A stretch of DNA of 64,000 nt from a virus, in IMG/VR virus record IMGVR_UViG_3300002053_001113, positions 18,650 through 82,649 of that record; one strand, given 5' to 3'. Made by a program: the position numbers and the translations under genes. How positions within the stretch are numbered: position 1 is the stretch's first letter; the number at the start of each line of letters is the position of its first letter. This document shows, one piece after another, positions 31,426 through 42,527 of the stretch. The notes below the pieces were generated by a model, which saw only the letters and a program-made list of their open reading frames with translations, was not told where the DNA came from and did not search any database.

Positions 31426-31660
31426 ATCTTCACCTTGTTTCACCTTTTATATTATTGTCACATATTTAGTAAGTAGATTAACTATATAAAGTTTTTGATT
31501 ATTCTTTCGTTCTATCCTCATTAATTCACCTGATTTACTATAAATTTCAATTCAAATTTTGAACTGATTAAGGCCTGGTGTGTCTTACCAATCTTCTTCG
31601 TTACTCCTTAAAAAATGGAGTAACATCAACCAAAACAAAAAAAAAGAAAAAAATAGAAAT
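31426..31660 (-). repeat. Intergenic regulatory module, copy A
   Basis: Shares AGTAAGTAGA.TAACTATATAAA.TTTTTGATTATTC, an identical ACTATAAATTTCAATTCAAATT and a GTTACTCC/GGAGTAAC inverted repeat with copy B. Confidence 0.7.
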
Positions 31661-31662
31661 AC

Positions 31663-32199
31663 TTAAGAAAACTTCTTAAGTATTTCTAAATAAGGTTTCT
31701 TTTGTTCCTCAAGACTTTGAATGTCTCTGTCAAGCCTATCTATCTCGTCTGTGGCTCGTCTTAGTTCTCTCTTTGCATACTCAACTTCTTCATTTAATTT
31801 TTCCTCTTGGAACTTTTTCTTAGCTGTTGCCAAGTTAGATTTTTTAATGTTTTCTAATTTCATTTTCTTTCCTCCATTTCTTTTCTCCTCACATAACTCA
31901 AACAATTTTAATACCAGTCTTGTTAAACTTACGTAATCTCTGTCTGCAGATTCTGGCCAATCTCCTTTATTAGCTTTATAACCATAAACATCACTACAAA
32001 AGTCATATTTATAAGTTATACCTAACAATTGAAAAATTCTTGAATTAGCACCGCCACAAGATAAGTGGTTGTTCATCACGTCATAAGTCATACGGTTTGG
32101 GCTTCCATTCTTATTAACAAGAAAATGAACTTTATCACCTTGTTTGAGTGTGTGTCCTTCAAGTTCGTTTCTCTCCCAATAGTCCATTTTGTTTTTCAC
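31663..32199 (-). CDS. Hypothetical protein with C-terminal coiled coil (possibly two in-frame genes)
   Basis: Internal GGAGG RBS before MKLENIKK. Confidence 0.45.
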   Translation of the reverse strand: MKNKMDYWERNELEGHTLKQGDKVHFLVNKNGSPNRMTYDVMNNHLSCGGANSRIFQLLGITYKYDFCSDVYGYKANKGDWPESADRDYVSLTRLVLKLFELCEEKRNGGKKMKLENIKKSNLATAKKKFQEEKLNEEVEYAKRELRRATDEIDRLDRDIQSLEEQKKPYLEILKKFS

Positions 32200-32222
32200 C
32201 CCCCATAGTCTTACACTATGAT

Positions 32223-32450
32223 TTATATTTTAATTCCAAAAAACTTTAAAGCATCTTCTTCCTTAAAAAAGAGTTGTGCTCCACATATAGGACAGTCATA
32301 ACTATCTGGTTCCCCACTTTCACCAGCACCCCACTCCTTTCTTTCATCTTGTTCATACTCGCCTTTACTATTTAAAGGAGTTCTTATCCAAATGTTTTGG
32401 ACGTTATAAAGGTAAGTAATGTTTGCCTTACAACTTGGGCATTTTGTCAT
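32223..32450 (-). CDS. Zn-ribbon protein
   Basis: CPSC...CPIC. Confidence 0.6.
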   Translation of the reverse strand: MTKCPSCKANITYLYNVQNIWIRTPLNSKGEYEQDERKEWGAGESGEPDSYDCPICGAQLFFKEEDALKFFGIKI

Positions 32451-33340
32451 TTTCTTTTCACCTTTACTTTATCTCTTATATCAAATTCATTACCATGAAA
32501 ATCATTTATAAAAAATAATTCTTCAATCACTTCCTCGTCTTTTTTAAATTCACAGTCCATATCTATCAGCATATTTTTTAGTTCATCAAATTCTTTCTTT
32601 TCTACTTCAATTTCAAACTTAATAGTTTCAGTCATCTATATCATTAATTAAATTTTGTGCTTCTTTTAATGTATCACAATAATCAACAAGCTCACCACTT
32701 GGTTGTTTGTGTATTGTAATAATCTCGTCTCTATCATAATAATTACTACCAACGTGATGATTGATTAGGTAGCCTTTGTATTTATATATACTATCCTCAC
32801 TCACTCGCCCAACCAATTCAAATTTAGATTTTCTCTTTCTCATTTTTCCACCTGTTAAATTTAAAGTTCAAAACCAAGTATCACATTTAAGGCAGTGTGA
32901 CTTATCATCAACTTTAAATGCTCTAATTTGGAAACGCCACTTGCTAACATCTTTCTCTTGGCAGTTTTCAACTTCGTGGGCTCCACAATTAGGACAAATT
33001 AAACAATTGCACCCTTCCTTATTAATAGGTTTCACAACTATAATTTCAATATCACTACTTTTGGATTCTTCCATATTAATCTCCATCCTTAAGTATTTTA
33101 TAATGCTTACCTTTAACTAAATTAAGCGTAAGATTTCCATCTTTATCTTGAGCATAAACCACATAGTCTCCATATCTTACCATTTAGCCTAACGCCTCAT
33201 CTATAGCTTCTCTTATTTTGAATAATTTGTATTTATCATCCCAATTATTTTTTGGAACATCTAATATCAATTTTATTTCATCCAAAATTGCCTTTAGCAT
33301 TTTATACTCAGAAAAATCTTCACCTTTTGTTCCTTCCATT

Positions 33341-33580
33341 AATCTTCACCTTTTGATTTAAACTTAAATACTCATATATTAAGTAAGTAGAATAACTATA
33401 TAAATTTTTTGATTATTCACTAAGACTACTCTCCACCAGCCAGATAATTAACTATAAATTTCAATTCAAATTATGGATAGATTAGAATTATAGAATTTGA
33501 ATGGTTTTAGATGTTACTCCTCACGTATTTAGGAGTAACATAGAAAAAACCAAAAAAAAAGAAATAAGGAAGTTTCCTTC
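33341..33580 (-). repeat. Intergenic regulatory module, copy B
   Basis: Direct-repeat homologue of 31426-31660; perfect 11-bp inverted repeat at 33511-33541. Confidence 0.7.
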
Positions 33581-33581
33581 C

Positions 33582-33902
33582 TTATTCCTTTTTAACAATC
33601 TTAAGCTCGTCATCACTTTCTTCAATTTTATAAGTGCTCCACCAACCTTTACGTTCTGTCTTAATGTCACGTAAAATTGCGTTCACCAAAGCAGTCACTC
33701 TTGCTTCCTCAATTGGTCTGCCTTTGCTGTTTTTAGTTATGCCTTTTGCCTTAAAGTGGTTAAGGATTTTTTGAACCGCCTCGGCTCTATCCTTAACACC
33801 AGTTTCTGCAAGTGCCTTAAAAACAGACACAATAGTTGGCGTCTTATTTTCTGTCTTTGTTTCTTGTTTTTCTTTCTTTTGTTTTGCTTTCATTTGTTTC
33901 AC
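33582..33902 (-). CDS. Basic putative DNA-binding protein, paralog of 46294-46539
   Basis: Shared pattern KAL...VK...E...K...E.KV.A.....R.IK...Y...EE. Confidence 0.5.
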   Translation of the reverse strand: MKQMKAKQKKEKQETKTENKTPTIVSVFKALAETGVKDRAEAVQKILNHFKAKGITKNSKGRPIEEARVTALVNAILRDIKTERKGWWSTYKIEESDDELKIVKKE

Positions 33903-34583
33903 CTTTTGTTGTTTTTGTTTTTTGTTGGAGTGGAAAATTGTTCGTTTTCCAACCCAGTCTTATATATAAGTAAGTAGGCAGACTTTATAAATGTTTTGAT
34001 TATATGCTGTAAAATAGAATAAAAAAATCAAAACATTTATAAATGGATAAAAATCAAAACATTTATAAATACATTTATGTTACTATTATATGAGGAGTAA
34101 CACGAGAAAATGGTGGGTGGAATAAATGTATTCTCAAATAAAATGATAGGAAACATTATTTTTCCATACATCTTTTTCAACCATTATTTGGCAAAGTATA
34201 TATTATAGAATATATATTAGATACGATATGATATTAAATATCTTTTATAGAATACATATTAAATAAGATATGATACAAAAGTTATGATTAAAAAGATGAA
34301 TAAAATTTTGTTAAAACATCAAAAAAATTTTAACCAACTATAAAATTTAGGAGTAACATCAAATAAAAATTAAACAAATCAAACAAAATTAAACATCAAA
34401 CAATACAAAACATCAAGTCAAAATTTAACTACAAAAAAATCAAATTCAACTTAAATCAAGTCAATTCAAATTCAAATATATTGATTTGAATTTTAATTTC
34501 AATTTGAAATTTCAAATTTAAAATTGTATTTTTCCATTTTTTTGGTGTTACTCCAGATTTCAAATCTAACTAGGTGTTACTCC

Positions 34584-35663
34584 GTGAAAGCAGATAATTT
34601 TGATGTAAACTTATTTAACGAGTATTTGAAAAGTTCAAAATTTAAGTTGAGTGATGGTACACGTGATAAGTATGTTGGTACTGTGAGAAAATTTCTAACA
34701 TCAAATCCAGACATTGACAGTATAGATGAATACAACAACTTTCTAACAGAAAACCCACAATATTTAAACCAATTTGCACTCTCTTATTTTATTAAATTTA
34801 AAATTGATGATAACACATTAAAGAACGCACTATTAAAAGGTTTAGTTAAAAAAGATTTAAAAGAACCAGAAATAACACGCAAGTCTTTAACAAACAAACA
34901 AATATCTCAAATAATTAATAAAATAGAAAACCCAGAACATCAACTTATAGCACGTTTACAACGTGAAACTGGTGCACGTGCAGGAGATATAATAAGATTA
35001 AAAAAAGAGAATATAATTAAAGAAGAAACAAACGATAAAACAATATTAAAATTAATCATTATTGGAAAAGGTAAAAAATTAAGCACAACCTATGTGGCTG
35101 ATGAAGAACTACAAAACGACTTATGGGATTTCAAAGAAAAATATAGCAAAACAATAATGTTCTCAAACTCAGATAAGCCAACTAAATATGTATTTTTGAG
35201 ACCACCCAAATTTATCATAAAAAAAGAGCCTTATACACCATCCTCATTATCAGGATTAGCATACGGCCGATATTATGCAAGTCTAAAAGCTGCAATGGAA
35301 GAGTGTGGATTTAATACAAAAGATTGGAGCACACACGACTTTAGAAGAGACTTCGCAAGAAGAATGTATGAACAATATGATAAAGATATATACAAATTAC
35401 AAAAAGCTTTAAGACACAGAAGTATAGAAACAACAGCCATTTATCTAAGACAATCGGGGTTAGACTTAAAAGAAGATTTAATTGAACAAACTAAAACACG
35501 TAAAAAAGAAGAACAAAAAAAACAAGACAAAAGACGTATAATTGTTCTTAAAGATAATGTTATAGAAGGTTGTAAAGTTGGAGATATAATTAAGATTGGT
35601 GAAAACATCAGTGATACTGACGTGGATATGTTAATCTCTGAGGGTATTCTAAAGGCTATATAA
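34584..35663 (+). CDS. Tyrosine recombinase/integrase (XerC/D-like)
   Basis: TGARAGD (R), GKGKK (K), HDFRR (HxxR), LRHRSIETTAIY (H, Y); start codon uncertain (GTG 34584). Confidence 0.9.
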   Translation: MKADNFDVNLFNEYLKSSKFKLSDGTRDKYVGTVRKFLTSNPDIDSIDEYNNFLTENPQYLNQFALSYFIKFKIDDNTLKNALLKGLVKKDLKEPEITRKSLTNKQISQIINKIENPEHQLIARLQRETGARAGDIIRLKKENIIKEETNDKTILKLIIIGKGKKLSTTYVADEELQNDLWDFKEKYSKTIMFSNSDKPTKYVFLRPPKFIIKKEPYTPSSLSGLAYGRYYASLKAAMEECGFNTKDWSTHDFRRDFARRMYEQYDKDIYKLQKALRHRSIETTAIYLRQSGLDLKEDLIEQTKTRKKEEQKKQDKRRIIVLKDNVIEGCKVGDIIKIGENISDTDVDMLISEGILKAI

Positions 35664-36045
35664 AAACAACCGAGTGATTTCCACCTAAAACATTACCCTA
35701 TATTCTACACTATTTTTTGAAACGGTTGTCTTCCCCATATTACATTACAAAAAGGTATATATTACTATGGAAACCCACAATATATATGTGATTCTCAAAG
35801 CTGGGGTTTTTGTTTTAAGTAAAAAAACACGCAGAAAAAAACAAGGAGCATTCAAAATCACAAAATTTCCAGAAAGAAATAGTAATTTCTTTTGGTATTT
35901 TTTGGAGGTTATATACCATAATGGTCACCATATATCATAATTATGAAACTAACTTCACCAGGTGAATGAATAAGTAAGATGTTTATTAACTTAATAACTT
36001 AATTAGTTTCTTAGTTATTCTCACCTTGTTAAACCTAAGTATTCT

Positions 36046-36142
36046 GCGTGATTATGTGGTCTATTCGCCCCTCTCTTATTTGCCGTCTGACTGTGAGCAT
36101 CTAAACCATCAGACCTGCTGCGGCTTCACCTGTCATTCACGC
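36046..36142. ncRNA. Candidate ~100-nt structured RNA
   Basis: GC-rich island closed by GCGTGA/TCACGC with an inner GTCTGA/TCAGAC stem. Confidence 0.45.
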
Positions 36143-36977
36143 TACCAAAACCAAGAATGAACAAAATTCCACCTTGCAATTCTATACTCAAGTCTATACG
36201 TTTTCTCCACTACCAATTATATACTCTAACATAGAAATAACTTACCATTTACCACGGTCTTTTCCCCACCAAAAAACGTCTGCCAGCAACCGAATTATAT
36301 ACAGGAGTATAAGAATACCAATAGGTATTAAAATATATTGCTTTAATGTTAATAGCAAAACAAAAAACACAATCAAAATTGCTAACCCTTTAAGTAGTAT
36401 TCCTACCATTATAATCCTTTCTCCTTAAACTCATATTACTCTGATGCATTATAATCATTTGTAATAGCTCTTTATCTTCTTGTAACTGATTATATAAAAT
36501 AGCAAGTTTATCCATCTCTGCTAACAGTCGTTCCTCTTTATCATATAAATCATCTAACTGTTTAAGTAGTTCAGGAATATCTTTTTTAACTGGTTGTGCC
36601 ATTGTATTGCCACATTATATCTTCTTCTCTTATTGGTTGTGGATATGCGCCGGTAGAACTACACTTTGGTGTAACTAATTCACCATTAATATATGTCTCA
36701 ACACAACCGCCAGGATATTCAACAGTAATTTCCTGTTTAAAAGCATCTTTATTTCTAACTAACAATATTACCATTATGATAATCACAATTCCAAAAATTA
36801 TACCCATTATTATTCTAATCTTTTTATTATCCATCTTTAACCTCCCGTAAGTTTCCATATAACCCAAGTGGCACCAAATATTAAGAATAAAATGCCTATT
36901 AGAATTAGTATTTTCTCAGGTTCTGCAGCTAAAGCACTTGCTCCAGTTACATTGTACAATGATGCATTTGTAGGCAT

Positions 36978-37469
36978 TTAAGGTTGCCACCATTTTCTTT
37001 TCTTAAAATATTGTTTATCAACTTTTGCTTTTTTAAGAGCAGTTCTATATATCAAAAATACAACAAGTGAAAGCACCACAGGTACAATAAAAAATACAGT
37101 TGACATAATACCATATGCTTGCATTCGTTCTGCTTTTGGAACATTAGCCTGCTCCTGTACTAAATCTGGATTAATAATACCCATAGTATTACTAAACACA
37201 GCCAACCCAACACTTAAAATTCCAAATACCACTATTAACAACATTAAATATAATGCAAAGTGAGTTGGATAAATATTTCGTATTGTGTAAAACCCAATAC
37301 CTAAAATTACTAAACCTTTTAATATTATAAGAGGCCAAATTGAACCTGTTAATAAAAACAACGGGTTACTCTCACCTGGCAGTATAAATAAGGCTGTAAT
37401 TAAATCAGCTATGTTAAGCAATACAAAAACTAAAAAAAGAACAAAAAGTAATGGATTTTTTGGTTTCAT
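36978..37469 (-). CDS. Multi-TM membrane protein (DUF5658-like)
   Basis: NIADLIT...GESNPL motif; 4 TM. Confidence 0.55.
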   Translation of the reverse strand: MKPKNPLLFVLFLVFVLLNIADLITALFILPGESNPLFLLTGSIWPLIILKGLVILGIGFYTIRNIYPTHFALYLMLLIVVFGILSVGLAVFSNTMGIINPDLVQEQANVPKAERMQAYGIMSTVFFIVPVVLSLVVFLIYRTALKKAKVDKQYFKKRKWWQP

Positions 37470-37631
37470 CCTAATGAGACTGCGCTAAGCATAAATATAA
37501 CTGCTAATAGTGCTCCACAAAAAGCTCCAAACAGTCCAACTTTTATCACAAACCATCTATCTACTACTCTTTGTTCTGCCATAAACTCCTTAAAGGTTAG
37601 GCCATTACGCATTTGCTACCACCTCAACTAA

Positions 37632-38255
37632 TTAAAAATGGAAAAATATTATATGTCTGCCATTAATTACTTGTCTGCCTATTTGAATAACAGTACTGTT
37701 GTCAACAGCTGTTGCCAAATCTTGTATAAAATTATTTAATTGTGATTCTGGAACAGTTGCCTCTACAACCTGTGCCTCCAATAGCCTTATAACAACTTTA
37801 ATGTTGGTATCTCTTTGTGGTGGAGGCATAGCATATTCCTGCCCATATGCTTGCCTATACTCAGGTGGTATAGGAGCAGGTGGTGGTCTAGGTGGCTGTG
37901 GCATTTCACGCACTGTCTGTCTTATATTTTCCTCAAATCTCCTCTGCTCATTTGGACTAGGCCTTGCCATTTTTGGTGGCTCCCTCACACCTTCTGGAAA
38001 AGGACTCGGACTATAATCCTCTGGTCTAGGTGGCACTTGCCTTTCCTGCTGCTGATTCTCCTCGTCATCTATCTTTTCTAATTTTCCCCCTCTTAATGCA
38101 AATTTTCCCATTTTCACTACTTCCTCCTTTAATTTTCGTATTTTTCTTTCGTATTTTGGATTACCCGTTGCTAATAATTTTTCTATTTTTTGTTGTTTCT
38201 GCCTCATCTTCTCTAATATTTTTCTCTTCTTTTTTTCACTTATTTCCTTTGGCAT
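37632..38255 (-). CDS. Proline-rich hypothetical protein
   Basis: Basic N-terminus, Pro-rich linker, small C-terminal domain. Confidence 0.5.
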   Translation of the reverse strand: MPKEISEKKKRKILEKMRQKQQKIEKLLATGNPKYERKIRKLKEEVVKMGKFALRGGKLEKIDDEENQQQERQVPPRPEDYSPSPFPEGVREPPKMARPSPNEQRRFEENIRQTVREMPQPPRPPPAPIPPEYRQAYGQEYAMPPPQRDTNIKVVIRLLEAQVVEATVPESQLNNFIQDLATAVDNSTVIQIGRQVINGRHIIFFHF

Positions 38256-38601
38256 ATTTATTCAACCTCGCTCTTGCTTCTGGTGTTAATATAGTCACCT
38301 TCTCAAAAGTTGACGTTCTTAATACTTGTGCATATTGTGATTCAGATAACATAAGTTTAAGCTGTCCTTTATCAATTGTTTCTCTTTTTTGTGTAGATAT
38401 CGTAACACTTATATTTGTATTCTCATCTTTATATTTTTCCCACTTTCTTTCCTTTAGATAGACTTTAATTTTATCTCTCAAACTTTCCTCTATTTTTTGT
38501 ATCTCTGATAGTACATTATTAACTTCTTGCCATCTAGAAAGAATGGACGTAATATTTTTTTCGTCCAAACCTTCTAGTAATATTTCTGTATTATTTACCA
38601 T
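38236..38601 (-). CDS. Hypothetical phage-type protein
   Basis: Operonic ORF. Confidence 0.5.
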   Translation of the reverse strand: MVNNTEILLEGLDEKNITSILSRWQEVNNVLSEIQKIEESLRDKIKVYLKERKWEKYKDENTNISVTISTQKRETIDKGQLKLMLSESQYAQVLRTSTFEKVTILTPEARARLNKYAKGNK

Positions 38602-39516
38602 TTATATAACTCCTTTTTCCATTGGCAATTTTGCTAATGGAGTTAATAAAAGTCTTTGTGCCTTTTTCTGTAAAACATTCTCAACGTGTGGAGTTATATG
38701 TTCACCATGTGTTAAGTAACTGGTTACTGCATTGTACATATCCCACCTATTAAACTTGGCTTTCATTTTACTTTTATCAGTCCACACATAACTCACACTC
38801 TTTTTATTAGTTTTTTTGTCAGTCACTATAACAACATCAACACCAAGTTTTTGTAATATTTTCTCTCTGTGTTTCAATTGGTCAAACAACTTGCCTATAA
38901 TCCTACAAGCCATTTTCCACTCAATGCTGTCCTTCATACTCTCTGAAACCCAGCCCTTTAAATCATCTCTGGCATTAATAATTGCTGATATACGTCCCTC
39001 TACAAAACCTTCTATTTCTCTGATACTTTTATCAATGTGTTTTACAGAAACAACTTTCTCATAAGCACTTATTATCATACCATTCATACAAGCTAACCTC
39101 GTAAAACGTGGTACAACAAAAAGTCCTGTGGTTTTGTCATAGCTGTTAATTAATCTAATGCCTGTAGTAAATTCCTCATTAAGTTTATCATACTTAATGT
39201 TTCTGCCTTTGAATTCTATGTCTGCAAAAGCTCTGTTTCCTTGCTGTGTAATCTCCATAGTAAAGTTAAGCCCCAATCTATTAAGTGCCTCTGCAAAGCT
39301 GTCAAAATACTGCTTGTGTGAAACAAGCTGGTAATGATTAACTACTGCAGCTGCAAACTTTCCTTTACTCACATTGTAGATGCCTTTAAACTTTTCAACA
39401 TCTTTAAGAACTCCACCATCATCAATCTTTAAAGGCACTTCAACAGCCTTGTCTAGATTGGAGGTTGCATTCTTAATTTCTGCCAAGGTTTGGCATACGT
39501 AGGTTTGTTCTTTCAT
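38602..39516 (-). CDS. DUF932/DUF945-family protein
   Basis: YQLVSH, LINSYD.T, RLACMNGM, WDMYNAVTSYLTH. Confidence 0.75.
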   Translation of the reverse strand: MKEQTYVCQTLAEIKNATSNLDKAVEVPLKIDDGGVLKDVEKFKGIYNVSKGKFAAAVVNHYQLVSHKQYFDSFAEALNRLGLNFTMEITQQGNRAFADIEFKGRNIKYDKLNEEFTTGIRLINSYDKTTGLFVVPRFTRLACMNGMIISAYEKVVSVKHIDKSIREIEGFVEGRISAIINARDDLKGWVSESMKDSIEWKMACRIIGKLFDQLKHREKILQKLGVDVVIVTDKKTNKKSVSYVWTDKSKMKAKFNRWDMYNAVTSYLTHGEHITPHVENVLQKKAQRLLLTPLAKLPMEKGVI

Positions 39517-39589
39517 TTTTCTTTACCCCCTTTCGGTTTAACGGTTTAATAACAATGTATAAATTAAACGACTATATAAATGTTTTGAT

Positions 39590-40255
39590 TTACCTATTCA
39601 TTCGTCTGAGTAAACTTTCAATTTCCTCATCAACTGGTCTAGGTCTTTTCTTCTCCTTCTTTTCTTGGAATACAAATTTATATAAAATTATTCCTATTAA
39701 ACCAACAATAATCAAAATTAATGCAATAACAAATATAACACTTGATGAACCCTCTGAAAAACTTGGCAAACTAAAACTCTCCTTTTTAACTGGAGAAGCA
39801 GGTGGACCAAAAGCCAAATTATTAAAATTAAGTGTCCTTCTAAAATCCTCATTAATTAAATCTACCTCTCCTGGCTCAGTTGCCGTTGTCCTGTTTTTTA
39901 AACTCTCGTTTGCCTCAATATCATCTTCTGATATTTTATCTAAATAATACTCCACAACAATATCATATTCATTTGTTGTGTTCTTGTCAGTCTTTAACCA
40001 TATAATAGTTGGGTTTTTACATTTACAATTCCATAAGTCTGATTCTACCTCTTTACAATCAATAAAACTATACTCATTAGGTTTAATTTGTTGTTTTCCT
40101 CTTAATTTAACAACAATATCATCAATGCATTGACCTATTGTTGTAACATTATAATCCACGCCCGAATCTAGACTATAGACTGGTATAACTAAAAGAAAAA
40201 ACACTAAAACAAAACATAAAATTTTAGCTCTATTCATTTTCATCCACCTCATCAA
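39590..40255 (-). CDS. Exported membrane-anchored protein
   Basis: Signal peptide, Cys pairs, C-terminal TM. Confidence 0.55.
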   Translation of the reverse strand: MMRWMKMNRAKILCFVLVFFLLVIPVYSLDSGVDYNVTTIGQCIDDIVVKLRGKQQIKPNEYSFIDCKEVESDLWNCKCKNPTIIWLKTDKNTTNEYDIVVEYYLDKISEDDIEANESLKNRTTATEPGEVDLINEDFRRTLNFNNLAFGPPASPVKKESFSLPSFSEGSSSVIFVIALILIIVGLIGIILYKFVFQEKKEKKRPRPVDEEIESLLRRMNR

Positions 40256-40342
40256 ATATTACAATAATTCTATGTATCACAATTGGTTTACCATAACCAT
40301 TGAAATAATCCATCATTCGTAGTTCATCCTTAAACTCCTTTT

Positions 40343-40714
40343 TCATTTTATCACTACTTTAATAAAACAACCTTTATTCCAAGTTTTATTTTTGCCCTTA
40401 CCTTTCCAACGTGGTTTATCCCAAAGCCATAGTTCAAAACTTTCTCCATCTTTACCATACGTGTCTTTAAATTCACGTATATCTTTTTGATGTTTTAAAT
40501 AATAATTTCCAGGTCCTAGATGTTTACTACTAATATATTTTCTTTGCTTACCTTTAAAGGCAACAACATCAAATAAGCCAGCAAAATCTATTGTTCCAAA
40601 CCTATAACGTATTGATTTAAAAACAATAATCCAACCAGCTTTAACTAACTCATCTCTTATTCTCTTTTCCTTATTGTAACCCTTTTTAACCTTACTTACC
40701 ATTTTGAAAATCAA
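40343..40714 (-). CDS. Holliday junction resolvase-like PD-(D/E)xK nuclease
   Basis: KGYNKEKRIRDELVKAGW...FDVVAFK. Confidence 0.7.
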   Translation of the reverse strand: MIFKMVSKVKKGYNKEKRIRDELVKAGWIIVFKSIRYRFGTIDFAGLFDVVAFKGKQRKYISSKHLGPGNYYLKHQKDIREFKDTYGKDGESFELWLWDKPRWKGKGKNKTWNKGCFIKVVIK

Positions 40715-42527
40715 ATATGTTTTTTACAACAACAGGCTTAATAAAATATTCCAGTTCACGCCAAACATTACTTAAATCTATATGATTAATTTTTAAACCC
40801 TCCTTTTTAAATTCTTCCAAAGTACAATAGCTTTTACCTTTACCAACACCAACGTGTTTTAAATTTGGTATCAAAAATTGTACACCACTTCCATATTTTT
40901 TTGATATTTGAGCTGGCAAACTATTTGGTGAGGTTTTTGCATACTGCTCATAAACTCCAACATCTTTTCTCATAGCAGCTAACCCAACGTCCTTGTCTAA
41001 AAGCTCAAAAATTAAATTCTTTAAATATACTTTACTAAAATTAATTTGCCCATTCTTAATTTTTGGAACAAGGTGCTCCCAAAAAATCTTACGTGACAAC
41101 AGGCTATTACTCTTTTTGTTAATACCTAAATTTTTGATTCTAACCTCGCCATCTTGTGTAACATAAATATAATTCTTTTTTAGCAAACCAAGTGGCTTAT
41201 TAATAAAGTCATCTTCGTCCATTTCTACATCTGTTTCTCGTTCCTCTATTGCTCCTCCTTTAAAGAAAAACATATATTTAATCTCATCGTCAATACCCAT
41301 ATCAAATGTATCCTGTGGAAACGGAACTGTATCTTTTATATCTTTAATTATTTTATCTTTTACCTTTAACATTCTACTTTTATTATTAAATCCATCAATA
41401 ATATAAACACTATCAGTATCTGTGTAAATAACTTTATAGCCATTCTCCCTAAAAATTTTACGAGCATACTTTGTCCATTGTCTTCCAATTCTAGTACAAT
41501 CTCCACCAGCAACTTTATCATAAACACGTGTATAATATGAGTTATTTAATATTCCATAAATTGTATTAAGTATAATCTTAATTGTGTATTCACGTCTATC
41601 CTTTTTACTTTTAAACTCTAATCTTTCGTTGTACCATTTCTTTAATAACTGCGCCACGTCACTCATCTGGTCTCCATAATAAGTACCTTCAACTTTCCAT
41701 TTCCCATCCCCAAACCAAACCTTTCTATCATTGGTATCAGTTGGTTGTTTACGTCCATATAAATTACATTGAATCATTATATGAGGATACAAACTATTAA
41801 AGTCTAAACAGTATATATTTCCCTCAAATCTTTCACCAGCAGGATAGGCAACATAACCACCCTTAATACCTGCACCTTCACTTTCATGTTTTCCATAAAC
41901 CTCTGTCCATTTCATATCTCTACATATTGCCTTATAAGTAAACTTTGCTATACTGGTTGTTAAATAAACTTTTCTTTCAATATCATCTTTTGATATAAAT
42001 GGTTTAAAACCTGCAAAATAATCTTCAACCCACTCATATAATTTTTTTGTAATCTCTATATCACGTTTTGTATATTCTGTTATTTCTTTTCTTTCTTCTG
42101 CCGTCCAACTTTCTTTCATAAATAACTTATAATCAATTTCTTTTTTTCCACTTTCCTTGTCAACAAGTCCAAGTGTTTTAGTTATATAATCAAGTGTATA
42201 TCTCATCAATATATCCTTTAACAAGCCCTTTTTTATTTTCATTGCGCCTGCACGTTTTTCAAATATCTCCAACAAGTCAATCATAATTCTATATTTTAAA
42301 CTAATCCCTTCTCTAGAAAGTATAGGATTATCGTAATGTTTATTATTAAAACCTACTAAAAATTTATGTGCGTTTATAATCCTTTGTACCTGTTCCAAAT
42401 CTGTTAATATATAATATTTTTCTGTCTTATAACTATAACAACCAAACACCTTAAATTTATCCTTACTACTATCTGGCTTACCAAAAGTTTTGGTTTCAAT
42501 ATCATAAATTAAAACACTATCAGTCAT
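40692..42527 (-). CDS. polB: Family B DNA polymerase (RNA-primed type)
   Basis: ExoI YDIET, ExoII FN..YD, ExoIII YTKRD, DFNSLYP, KIILNTIYG, YTDTDS. Confidence 0.95.
   Translation of the reverse strand: MTDSVLIYDIETKTFGKPDSSKDKFKVFGCYSYKTEKYYILTDLEQVQRIINAHKFLVGFNNKHYDNPILSREGISLKYRIMIDLLEIFEKRAGAMKIKKGLLKDILMRYTLDYITKTLGLVDKESGKKEIDYKLFMKESWTAEERKEITEYTKRDIEITKKLYEWVEDYFAGFKPFISKDDIERKVYLTTSIAKFTYKAICRDMKWTEVYGKHESEGAGIKGGYVAYPAGERFEGNIYCLDFNSLYPHIMIQCNLYGRKQPTDTNDRKVWFGDGKWKVEGTYYGDQMSDVAQLLKKWYNERLEFKSKKDRREYTIKIILNTIYGILNNSYYTRVYDKVAGGDCTRIGRQWTKYARKIFRENGYKVIYTDTDSVYIIDGFNNKSRMLKVKDKIIKDIKDTVPFPQDTFDMGIDDEIKYMFFFKGGAIEERETDVEMDEDDFINKPLGLLKKNYIYVTQDGEVRIKNLGINKKSNSLLSRKIFWEHLVPKIKNGQINFSKVYLKNLIFELLDKDVGLAAMRKDVGVYEQYAKTSPNSLPAQISKKYGSGVQFLIPNLKHVGVGKGKSYCTLEEFKKEGLKINHIDLSNVWRELEYFIKPVVVKNIFDFQNGK

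Noticed and set aside
34310-34525. AAAC/TCAAAT low-complexity tract as a tandem repeat or iteron array
   Set aside because: No consistent unit or period discernible by eye; could be part of an att or regulatory region but is unsupported
36085-36115. CTGATG on the minus strand as a hammerhead ribozyme core
   Set aside because: It lacks CUGANGA and a correctly placed GAAA
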